In this document: positions 53,594 through 64,000 of the stretch, piece by piece | Numbering within the stretch: position 1 is the first letter of the stretch | How the letters are laid out: each line of letters begins with the position of its first letter | Assembly (NCBI RefSeq): GCF_006345805.1 | Contig: NC_043003.1 | Coordinates: 45,632,001-45,696,000, forward strand | Direction: 5' to 3' | DNA length: 64,000 nt | Origin: Octopus sinensis | Taxonomy: Eukaryota | Program-made: the position numbers and the translations under genes | The notes under the pieces: model-generated | Databases searched by the model: none | Told to the model about the DNA's origin: nothing | Seen by the model: the letters and a program-made list of their open reading frames with translations, nothing else

Positions 53594-56056
53594 CGTAAGG
53601 TGAGTCAACTTCTGGTTATGGGGACAATATATTGTGCGTATAAATATATAGAAGTCGAAGAGACCCAGGGACCTGTCAACTTTGTTCATTTTCGAAATGT
53701 TCAGTTGTTGATTTGTTCATTTTCGGCAATGATCACAAAAACCGTGATCATTGCAACTTATATGCCACTTTCAGGGAACAATATAAGTTTTATTTACATT
53801 GTTAAATGGTTTATAATTTCACCTCACCTGGTGAGGAATACGATAAACTAGTCGGGTGTTGAATAAGATAATGGGTTATAGAAAATATAATAAACAAGCA
53901 AAAACTAAAGCAAGAATATCCACCATCTTTCATTCATATATGGTGGTGCTCTCTGCTAAAACAGGAGATGAAATAAAAATGAAATTGTGTATTATATTAA
54001 GAAATTTCACATTCTTGGTTTATGTTTTCAGTTCTAGAAAATGAATTCTTGTGTATGTTTATTATTGTACTGTATACGACACTAATGATATACATATCTT
54101 ATCTTATGTGTTTTGATAAAAGTCAACACTCTAAGCAGGTGTATTCCATTGAAATGACAATTTGCGAACAGCGTCGTGCTATAAGTCGTGTGTTTCTGGT
54201 ATTTGGATCATCGTTCCCATTCTCTAAACAAAATGTTAAAACACCATTGATATCCAAATAAACCAGCAACAGCTAAACTGAGTGACATGTTTGCTGAGCA
54301 GCAATCTAAGTATTCTTTAGTGAACGCCTATGATCTGAAGATGACATACATAAATATACGCACCTGATACACACTTCTATTAAACAATAGCACGAATTTA
54401 ATAAATAAAATTTTCCATAATATCTTAGATACATCAATACTAATCTTGTTAAAGAATAATAAATTTGCACACTGACAAATGTATACAGTAATTCTTCAGT
54501 TTAATGTAAAACTGTCTTTATTATAACAAAAACAAGCATCAATATGCATACATACATATATATAAATGGATATGAGTGCGTGGGTATACATGCAGGTGTA
54601 AATATGCGTATGCGTGTTTAGAAAATGTGTTTAATACACACGTATGAGTTTATATATATGATTGATTGATTCTAGTTTCAGCTTATGAGCTGTGGCCATG
54701 CTGGGGCACCGCCATATATATATATAATTCTCATAGGGTTAAAGGATCTAATTAAAACTCAATAATCAGGGAAAAATCTCATAAATATGAATTTTATTTG
54801 CTCAATGTTAGATTTCTTTGGCATATGTACGATATAATCTTTCTTACAAAAGTAACTATGATAAATTATTTTTCTATGTACATGATAACAATTAAATTAA
54901 ACATATCTCTGCCTAAAATTTGGTCTATGAAAATTTGCAAACTTTGGAAGCCATATAACAAAGATTTTTTGAAACCATATAACAGTAATTACTTTTGGAC
55001 GAAAAATATGCTTCGAACGAACAACTAATATCTGAAAAACTTCCTGTCTTCAATTTATAAAAAGCTTCTGTAAAACATTAAAATATATATGCGGGATGTA
55101 AAAATAAAATACATTGAAGGTGCGAGATGCAGCAAGCGTTTTATCTTAAGAGCTAGAACAATTTGGCGCCAGAAGACTAAATCCCTAATTGAGAAACGAG
55201 CCACAAATTTACAACAATTAGCATCTGGCCAATTTTGAAAACTAGTTGGTTATTTGATACACCTCCACAAGATATAATTAAACTTAAGTAAACAACCAAG
55301 TGTGATCTGTAAATGTGAGGGGACTTTGAGTTTTGTGAAAATCCAAAGAGGCTCATGAAGTATATGATTAGACGGACTGGAAAAGAATTCCGTTCATATA
55401 GTTCAGAAAATAAAAGCGAACTGTCGAAAGCCGTATAGAAAATGAAATATAGGCACGTTTGGACAATATAATTTAAATAAGAATTTCAAAGTAGTGTTTG
55501 TACACCACCCGCGTTTGTTAAGTTTTTAGATAAGAATTTTGAGAAAAGAAAAATAAATAATAAGACACCAAAATGTTCATTGATGTGTGAACACTTAAAT
55601 ATTTGATTACGCAAGAGAGTATATTTTGCCATTTCTGAGAAAATATGTTTAGATATTAAAAATCACAGCGTACAGCTAAGAAAATGCAGAAAAATATATA
55701 GGTAGAAATTTAAGATATTATGATTATTTATTGCGTTCCACCATAAAGGAACCTTACTACTTCTCGTGAAACAACACCTTTTTCATGTAGCGGAAATATA
55801 TGAATCAGGAATATTATTTTCAATTTGAATCTGTAATTCCGCACACATTTATTAAAATAAATCGCTGAATGAACACTTGCGAGTACGAAAATGAAAGGAA
55901 ATATATTTACAAAGATATAGGGTGCTAAGGAAGACATAAAACTTCTCACAGAAATATACTACTGTACTAATAATCAGATGTTTTGTGATGTTAGTCCTGA
56001 GGGATGACCTAGATAGATAAATAGATAAAGTAATTCTTATTATTAACTTCAACTAA

Positions 56057-56428
56057 GGCGGCGAGCTGATAGAAACGTTAGCACGCCGGGCGAAATGCTT
56101 AGCGGTATTTCGTCTGCCGTTACGTTCTGAGTTCAAATTCCGCCGAGGTCGACTTTACGTTTCATCCTTTTGGGGTCGATAAATTAAGTACCAGATGCAA
56201 TCGACTTAATTCCATTGTCGGTTTTTGTTTTTCCCCTCTATGTTTAGCCTCTTGTGGGCAGTAAAGAAATAAGAAATGGTAGCACGCCGTGCAAAAGGCT
56301 AAGCGGTATTTCGTCTGTCTTTATGTTCTGAGTTCTATGAAAATAGCAGTAATGAAAATAGCAGTAATGAAGCACTGGGGTCGATGAAATCGACTATCCC
56401 CCTCCCACAAAATTTCAGGCCTTAGAAA
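56057..56428 (+). mobile_element. Two tandem SINE family B copies
   Basis: 56057-56271 is near consensus; 56272-56428 is internally deleted. Confidence 0.88.
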
Positions 56429-56846
56429 AGACTATTGAATACTACTTCTATAAGTGCTGCTGCTGTTACTGCTTCGTATGCAGACATAGACCATCGGCCA
56501 TTTGTCTCCAGAATTCTCTCTCCTGCATTGCTTTTTATAAGATGTTCGATGAAAACCAAAATATATTATCCTGATTTTATAAAGGAAACCTGGAATATGC
56601 AATGAAATAGCTTATTCGTTCTCCACAAAACGCCAAGAATAATCAAATCACGATAATAAAAGCTACAAAAGTTTGAAGAAGCTAATAAACTTTTATTTCC
56701 TACGAATGGAGAAAAAGAGTTCACTTTCAATATAGAGGGTATTCCATATTGATCGATCAATCTCATTCATCAGCAACAGATTTTAGGTTATATATCGATA
56801 AACGAAAAATAAAACAACTCTAATTTCAAAAAGCATACCATACCTA

Positions 56847-56915
<69 letters not shown>

Positions 56916-57176
56916 AAATGTCTTTCTTGGCTGAAGCGTAGCCTGCGTTATACACCTCGTTTGGATACTGTACACAGAAAAACAGTTTAACATTAAGATA
57001 ATAGTTATTTACTATATTATAGATTAGATTTCATACAGATCATTCCAGATCTGTTGTATTCAATACAAATAACGATTTATATGGGTTGGCAGATAAAAGC
57101 ACTGATGAGCAAAGAATTTGTTCGCTAAAAGTGTAAACAAAAGCCATCTGCTTGGCAAGATTTAGATGTTCGGCGT

Positions 57177-57220
57177 CTGTGACTGATGAGACACAAAAAG
57201 TCGAAACTGCGATATTCCAG
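57177..57220 (+). ncRNA. Type-I hammerhead motif with canonical core
   Basis: ctgtga-CTGATGA-gac(acaaaaa)gtc-GAAA-ctgcga-TA-ttccag; stem III imperfect. Confidence 0.55.
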
Positions 57221-57971
57221 AATCATCAACGCTAATGACACTATTGTCATAACGAGACAGGTTCTTCTCTTTTGATGTACACTATAGCGACAATATTTCC
57301 GTTCGAAAATATTGTCGTTTCATGCATTTAGACAAATGAATAATAGTGGAAAGCTGCAATTTAGAATGTGACATGTAGAGACATTCAAAATGTTCATTTC
57401 CTGCAATAAACTAAGTGTGTATGGGGAAATCTTTAATAAACACCCCAGCTATAGTCTGTGTTATGTATAGTCCTCCGGTATCTGGCCTACCAAGAGAACA
57501 CAAAGCTGAATATATAGCCAATATGAGAATACTTTCGTTCGAATAAGACATCCTAACAACATATTTTGAGGATCAGGATTTCATTTTCGGTGAAATATAG
57601 CTAAATATAATGGTACCTAACACAAAAATATCTGTTTATTTGACCTAAAACGTAATTGAGGTTATCCCAACAGCAAGAAATCTCAGAATTATCTATCTTA
57701 CAAAGATAAAATATTGACGTATCTTAAGATTTTATTTCCGAGATTTCTGATAGTCGCTGTCGCATATGTATCACTACTTTTACTGTCACAAGCATCTATG
57801 TAACCACTTTCACTTCTTTGGGGTGGGGTTGCTAACGATGAATTAGTAAAGCACCACTTGAAGATACAGACACTTAAAATGTTAGGATTCCGGAAGCTAT
57901 CATTAAAATATCGAAATACTGAATGGTGTTACTGATTGATATCAAAGTTGTGGATATTATCCCTCCAGGTA

Positions 57972-58290
57972 AAGGTGCAGACGAAGTGGTTACAGCATTC
58001 GACTCATAATTGCAAGGTGTTGAGTTCGATAACTGGCGACACGTTGTGTCCTAGGGCAAGACACCTTATTTCACATCGCTCCAATCCACTCTGCTGGCAA
58101 ATATGAGTTGTACCAGTATTTCAAAGTGCCGGCTTTGTCACATTCTGTGTCGCGCTGAATTTCTCTGAGAACTTCGTTAAGAGTACGAATGTCTGTGGGT
58201 ACTCTACAAATTTCGCGTTAATTTTACAAGCAGGCTGTTCCGTTAATCACATCAACTGGAACCCTTGTCGTTGTAACTGACGGAATGCCA
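57972..58290 (+). mobile_element. Chimeric SINE: family C head with family D tail
   Basis: The first ~150 bp match the 31350 copy; the remainder matches 46680-46855. Confidence 0.75.
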
Positions 58291-58863
58291 GTTATATCAT
58301 GCCAAGTATTGAACATTTGATATTTCAGTAGCAGAATTTTCGCTGAAATCGGCACTTAAGGATCTCCTGATGAACAAACGCAAGTTAGTGTGATAATGTT
58401 GTAGAAAACCGTGTACAGAAACATACACGCCATCTGCAAAATTCTGTAGATTTTGTTACTTAGATTATGCTATCCTTTTATCAAAAACTAGCAATGCATC
58501 CAGGCGTTGCCCGGGTGTTATGACCTACAAACACATTGTATTATTTTCTTCTTTGCTAGGGGCAGAATCGGCACAGCTGATATATAGTTAATGGAATAAT
58601 GGAAGTTATTTTTTGTTTGATAATGGAGGGCGAGGGTACAATGTGCATGGGTTTGCATGAAATTGTTTTCTGTTCTTAAGAAGGATCAGAAACTATGTAT
58701 TGTTTCATCGTATAAAAAGAGGTTAATACGATTTTGTCCAGAAATCACGTTTTCAAAATTTGGATTTCCCTCTATCCCCACCACAATTTCTTAATTTGTA
58801 TCTTATTTTCCATTTTTTTTTATCTACGTAGAAAAATACAGAGATTACGAATCTGATATATAT

Positions 58864-58915
<52 letters not shown>

Positions 58916-59088
58916 TAAGAAAGTTGGTTTGTGAAAGCACGTGGGTGAATATATAGAAAATAGTAGAGTGAAAAAACGACAGAAGGCTTAAATGTTAAAA
59001 AATATATATATTTGCGTCAATATGTCTGAAGAATATTAGAAAATTAAAAAAAAAAAAATTTTTTTCCTCTTATAATGACATAAATTAA

Positions 59089-59127
59089 AAGAAAGACCGG
59101 TTTTGCGTGTAGCTTTTCAAATTTCTT
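59089..59127 (-). ncRNA. Second copy of the PLE hammerhead motif, with G12>A
   Basis: Identical to 61562-61600 except GCGAAAC>GCAAAAC. Confidence 0.6.
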
Positions 59128-59236
59128 GTGACGTTATGTTTATATTGAATAGAGTTATCGTGGTGTTTATTTTCAGGAGATTTCTAAATAAGGGGAGGTA
59201 GTGAGTGATTTCTTCCGGTGTAAGGGAGATAATCGC

Positions 59237-61178
59237 TTAATTTTTTTTTCCTTTCCCTTGTGAATTTCTCTGTGTCAGTATGTTCGGATGGTTGAGTCTG
59301 GGTTTGTACTTTTCAATGAAGAATGTTTCCTTGTTTAGTCTAATTTGTGTTGATGATCCGAAAGTAAAATGGTAAAATGGGAAGATTAAAAATTGTGGCA
59401 GTAGTTGCTTTGCGTATTTCTCAATGTGCTCACTAAAAGGTATCATTCTATATTCTGGGAATGCAATCTGTTGTCGATGCAGTGTGCATCTACGTCTGAG
59501 TGATAGTCCCGTGGAACCCACGTAGTCTTGGTGGCAGCCCGAGCATTTTATGACATAAATTATGTTTTCAGAGGCACAAGTAAAGTTAGATTTGATCTTG
59601 AATTTCTGTCCCTCTTTAAAGAGGAATTCTGATCCTTCTAGCAGGTTAGGATATGTTGCACAGTTCGATCTACCACATTTTTTTACTTTTGCATCCGTAA
59701 TTTCAGAAGACAATTTTGCCTTTGTGAGAATCTTTTTAAGTGATTTAGGCTTTTTGTAGCTTTTAATGATTTGGTGTATGTTTAGAATTTCCTTTAATTT
59801 GGGGTTTTTATGAAGTATTGGTAAATTCTGGGTGATGATGGTGAAGGCTTCTTTGTTTCTGGGGTTGTATGTAGATATGTAAGGGTGTATTTTCGGGGAA
59901 GGTGTGTTGTTGTGTTGAACTTTTCTTAAAGTTTCCATGTTGATTTCTGTTGCACGTCTGATCCCATCCTCTATGAGTTGAGCTGGGTAATGTCTGTCAA
60001 TTAGGGTGTTTTTGAGTTCTTGCAGTCTAAAGTTCCTGGTATTTTGTTCTGACACTATTGTGCATATCCTTCTTGCAAGGTAGAAGGGGATGTTTGTTTT
60101 AGTGTGTCTTGGGTGGCATGAATTAAAAAGAAGGTACTGTTTGGCGTCTGTGGCTTTGTAAAAAATGTCTGTTTCTATTTTAAGGTTAATTTTTTTTAAT
60201 TAGTATATCCAAGAACGGGAGCTCCTTTTGGTTGTATTCCATTGTGAACTGTATATTTGGGTTTATGCTGTTCAATAGGTTTTTAAATTTTAGGAGTTTA
60301 TCTGTGTTTTCATTCCAGAGAATAAAACAATCGTCTAAGAATCGTTTCCAATTCTCTTTTATGTATTGAGAGAGGGAGTTTCCAAAGATTGATAAAGATT
60401 CCTAGTAAATGATTATTTCCATGTATCCCATTGTTAAGTTCGCAATGACTGGTGCTGCCCTTGTACCCATAGCAATTCCGGATTTTTTACGGTAAAATGT
60501 ATTGTCAAACATGAAGTGGTTATTGTGTAGGATGAATTCAATTGATTTAGTAATGAATTCTTTACTGATCCTTTTTGGTATTTCTTCCGGAAATTGGTCT
60601 AACCAGAACTGTATTGCCTCCAGTCCATAATTATGAGGTATACTGGTATACAAGTTAACTACATCAAATGAAACCAGGATTGTTTCTTCCTCGTTTTTTT
60701 TGGGAAGGTGGTTTAACATATCTAAGTCATCTCTGATATGGCTATCGATATGTTTAAGGAAGGGTTTCAGGAGGATGTCCATAAGTAGACTTAGTCTGTG
60801 TGTTTCACAGGTTGGGCCAGCTACAATGGGTCGTAGTTTTAGGTCCCCCGGGTTAGGTGTGTGTATGTATGTCTTTGGTGATTTTTTAATGGTTTCATTT
60901 ATAATTTGACTTTTATGAATTTTTGGCAGACCATAGAAAAGGCTAGGTTTGCATTTAAAGTTTGTTAGGAAGTCAATCTCTTTGGTTGTCAGTTCCTTTT
61001 CATGGATTTTAATTAGTGAAGATAGAGTTTTCATTATTTTTTGTGGGGTGTAGTTGGTAATTTTTTCATAATGTAGGTCGTCATCAAGCAAGGACATTAC
61101 AAGATTTCTGTAGTATGATGTATCCATTATTACAACTGCATTTCCCTTGTCTGCTTCCTTAATGGTTATATCACTCAG
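59237..61178 (-). pseudogene. PLE polyprotein remnant: reverse transcriptase plus GIY-YIG endonuclease
   Basis: PLE RT motifs: ITIKEADKGNAVVIMD, FYGLPKIHK, LRPIVAG, LVSFDVVNLYTSIP, GIAMGTRAAPVIANL, WKRFLDDCF, LPFLDILI, YLLFNSCHP. Endonuclease: KCGRSNCATYP...FTCASENIIYVIKCSGCHQDYVGSTGLSLRRRCTLH. Disrupted by an in-frame TAG at 60402-60404 and a +1 frameshift in the 8-nt run at 60190-60197. Confidence 0.93.
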
Positions 61179-61452
61179 GGGACTATCACTCAGACGTAGA
61201 TGCACACTGCATCGACAACAGATTGCATTCCCAGAATATAGAATGATACCTTTTAGTGAGCACATTGAGAAATGCACAAAGCAACTACTGCCACAATTTT
61301 TAATCTTCCCATTTTACCAATGTGCTTTCGGATCATCAACACAAATGAGACTAAACAAGGAAACATTCTTCATTGAAAAGTACAAACCCAGACTCAACCA
61401 TCCGAACATACTGACACAGAGAAATTCACAAGTGAAAGGAAAAAAATTTTAA
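61179..61452 (+). pseudogene. Inverted duplicate of the GIY-YIG C-terminus
   Basis: GLSLRRRCTLHRQQIAFPEYRMIPFSEHIEK...RLNKETFFIEKYKPRLN, near-identical to the end of the minus-strand ORF. Confidence 0.92.
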
Positions 61453-61561
61453 GCGATTATCTCCCTTACACCGGAAGAAATCACTCACTACCTCCCCTTA
61501 TTTATAAATCTCCTGAAAATAAACACAACGATAACTCTATTCAATATAAACATAACGTCAC

Positions 61562-61600
61562 AAGAAATTTGAAAAGCTACACGCGAAACCGGTCTTTCTT
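61562..61600 (+). ncRNA. Minimal type-I hammerhead ribozyme motif, U3:A8 variant, in the PLE terminal repeat
   Basis: aagaaa-t-TTGAAAA-gc(tacac)gc-GAAA-ccgg-TC-tttctt: 6-bp stem I, palindromic ACCGGT stem III, GUC site, one extra T before the core. Confidence 0.7.
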
Positions 61601-61817
61601 TTAATTTATGTCATTATAAGAGGAAAAAAAATGTTTTTTTTTAAAATTTTCTAGTATTCTTCAGACATATTGACGCAAATATATATATTTTTTAACATTT
61701 AAGCCTTCTGTCGTTTTTCCACTCTACTATTTTCGATATATATATATATATATATAATATTTTTCTTAAAGAAACATTCAGTGCCCCTTCCCCCACTTCG
61801 GCCACCCTTCACCTTCC

Positions 61818-62040
61818 AGCTTTCAAAAAGCTAAAATCTCCCAATTTTTCACTTATGTCTGATGTTTCCAGCATGCGTACAATTCTAATGAAATAGTCGA
61901 CGTAAAATATGTCGCACCACCACCAGAAAACCAGACATGATAGAAACAACAGGTAAGCGACATTATTTTTGAAGAAAAGTCACTGCTTTCCAAAAAGTTA
62001 TAAGTGAAACTTTGCGAGTGAGTAGCTTTTTGAAAGTGAT
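61818..62040. mobile_element. MITE-like element, old
   Basis: CTTTCAAAAAGCTA...TTTCACTTAT paired with ATAAGTGAAA...TAGCTTTTTGAAAG. Confidence 0.45.
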
Positions 62041-63594
62041 AAGGTGATGAATAAAATTTTTAAAGATGTGTACTCCCTATTTTTTCTCTATAGATTACCA
62101 AGAATAACAATTTGAAAAAAGTAAAAAATTAATTTGGCGTGGATAAGGAGAAAATGAAAATATTGTGAATATGTTTTGTGAGGGAAATCCTAATCTCCTG
62201 CATCGCAAATATAGGAATCGGAAGAAATTTAGGAAAACAAATAAGGTGGTGGAGACGGAAATGTCTCCACGGATATGCTAGAAAGAAGCGGTAAATGACA
62301 GGATTTCTGGGAAAACTTCATTTTATGTTTATATCGAATATCAGGTTTTTAAATACGCTCATCACAAACACAAATTACATAATAGAAAAAAAGATCATTT
62401 CAATTAGGGTTGAGCTGTAAATTTACAGGTGCACGCTGCAAGAATTAACATAATTCTCAGAGAAGTACAATCTGGATTGTGTGTATGCAAGTGTGTGTGT
62501 CATTTTATGGCATTCTTTCATTTGGAGAAGCAAAGTTTCCAACTCGACATATATGGGATCATATGATTGCTTGTTAATTTCTATAAAATTGTTTTAATCT
62601 CTGTATGCTTTGAAGTGAGCAGAAATTGAAAGAGAGGATAAAGTGAAAGGCGACATTGCTTTGAAGTGAGATGAGAAAGTAAAAAAGAGGAGAAAGTGTA
62701 AGATGTACGTGTATATGAAATGTACGTGAGAGAGAGAGAAAGAGAGAGGAAAATAAAGTGAGTGAAAGTGTGTGTTGTGATGTATGAAATGTTTTGCATG
62801 TATGTGCAAGTGGCACTCACCCGCTCCTTCTTTCTCTCTCTCTCTCACACATTATCTTTCATATACACGTACATAAATAGGTGGAGGTAAAGAATACGAT
62901 CACCAGCCATTTTCGACGTAACTCTAACCCTAAACACCGGGAGTGCGTATTCTTGACCTTCGCCCATAAATACATATGCATACATATTTTTTTTGTGCGT
63001 GAAAGAGAAGGATAGAGAGAGAGAAAGAGAGAGAAAGAGGGTGTGTGTGTGTGAAGCTGTATTTCTTCATAACATAAAAAATGGAAGTCTTTTAATGCAC
63101 TGTTGAGGCTTATTTTAATACAATATTAATGTGTACATTTTCATAAATGATTGTCTGAGTAGAATTCTACGTATGTGTGAAACATCGGACGAAAATATTA
63201 CATTAGAAGCAAATCAAAATATTCTCCAAAAATGACCTCAAAATTGTGCGACCCAACCTGGTTGCCGAGATTATTTTAGTTGTAAAAAAGAGTTGTTGGG
63301 TAAAAACATAGTTTATTTGGTAAATAGATAAGATGCAGCTTTCTTTATTATGATACACATGTGACTAATTCGGAGAAATATTACTTTCATTATTCATACA
63401 TTATGACTCTCGTAATGCAACACTGTAATTTTGTTTCAACTTGAAAGTGTGAAACTATTTTCATTTTGTAATGAAACCTGGTCGTTGTAGAGAAGTGTAT
63501 TTGAAATAACTACAGCTGGTTATTAAGATAACGTAGAAAATATGTAATTGAAAAAGATTATTTGACATGTAACTGATTTGATTTCTCTGGAAGA

Positions 63595-63800
63595 CGGCAA
63601 GCTGGCAGAATCGTTACGATGCTGAGCAAAATTCTCGAGAGGTATTTCGCTTGTCTTTACATTGAGTTCAAATGCCACCGGGGTGAACTTTGCCTTTCAC
63701 CCGTTCGGTATCGATAAATGAAGTACTAGTGAGACACTGGGGCCGTTGTAATCGACTGGCTCCCTCTCATAAAATATCAGGCCTTCTGCCTATAGAAGAA
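63595..63800 (+). mobile_element. SINE family B
   Basis: GGCAAGCTGGCAGAATCGTT...CCTATAGAAG. Confidence 0.8.
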
Positions 63801-64000
63801 AGGATTTGATTGTTCTGGTCAGTTGGTAAGAATAGAAGTCATTTGACGGCATCCGTTTGTTTGTAATTGGAGATCTTGTTGCAGGTTCGATCCGAGAAAT
63901 ATTGAAATAATACCTATCTTGTCCATTCTACAGAATAAGATTATACTGGAGAGCATCATAAGAGAGATGAGTCTGTTAAACACGTTTAAGGTTGTTATCT

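Larger units (their letters stand above)
58914..61734 (-). mobile_element. Penelope-like retroelement (Neptune-type), 5'-truncated, with inverted copy of its 3' end
   Basis: Minus-strand RT+GIY-YIG coding sequence at 59237-61178. Segment 61179-61734 (+) is an inverted copy of 58956-59510, with about 15 differences in ~555 bp by hand count. Both ends abut (TA)n. Confidence 0.95.

Noticed and set aside
61179-61277. N-terminal part of ORF 60402..61277
   Set aside because: It is the antisense reading of the inverted arm; true RT sequence starts at the 61178 junction.
61872-61952. 81-nt AG...GTAAG exon-like segment
   Set aside because: Stops in all three frames, and it lies inside MITE-like inverted repeats.
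62920-62936. TAACTCTAACCCTAAAC telomere-like sequence
   Set aside because: Only one perfect CCCTAA unit.

Overview
AT-rich, microsatellite-saturated eukaryotic DNA. The tRNA-derived SINE set and (TA)n/(CA)n density best fit an octopus (coleoid cephalopod) genome; this is an inference. No intact host protein-coding gene is supported, and almost every entry in the ORF track is a simple-repeat artefact. The one clear coding sequence is a 5'-truncated, disrupted Penelope-like retroelement (PLE; RT + GIY-YIG, Neptune-type) at 58.9-61.7 kb, whose 3' end is duplicated in inverted orientation. The window also holds about 30 SINE copies of four head/tail types, CR1/L2-group LINE ends, mariner ends, Helentron-type (HINE) elements and MITEs. 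The main result of the hunt is a recurring architecture. At least three diverged PLE-derived insertions (23.9-25.1, 35.7-36.05 and 58.9-61.7 kb) sit in (TA)n, have inverted 3' arms with a 32-37 bp CGTG-containing tail on one arm only, and carry minimal type-I hammerhead ribozyme (HHR) motifs. These motifs have a U3:A8 core swap and a palindromic ACCGGT stem III. In total about 16 HHR-like motifs of several architectures were found by eye in 64 kb. All RNA structures were folded by hand and none has been tested.
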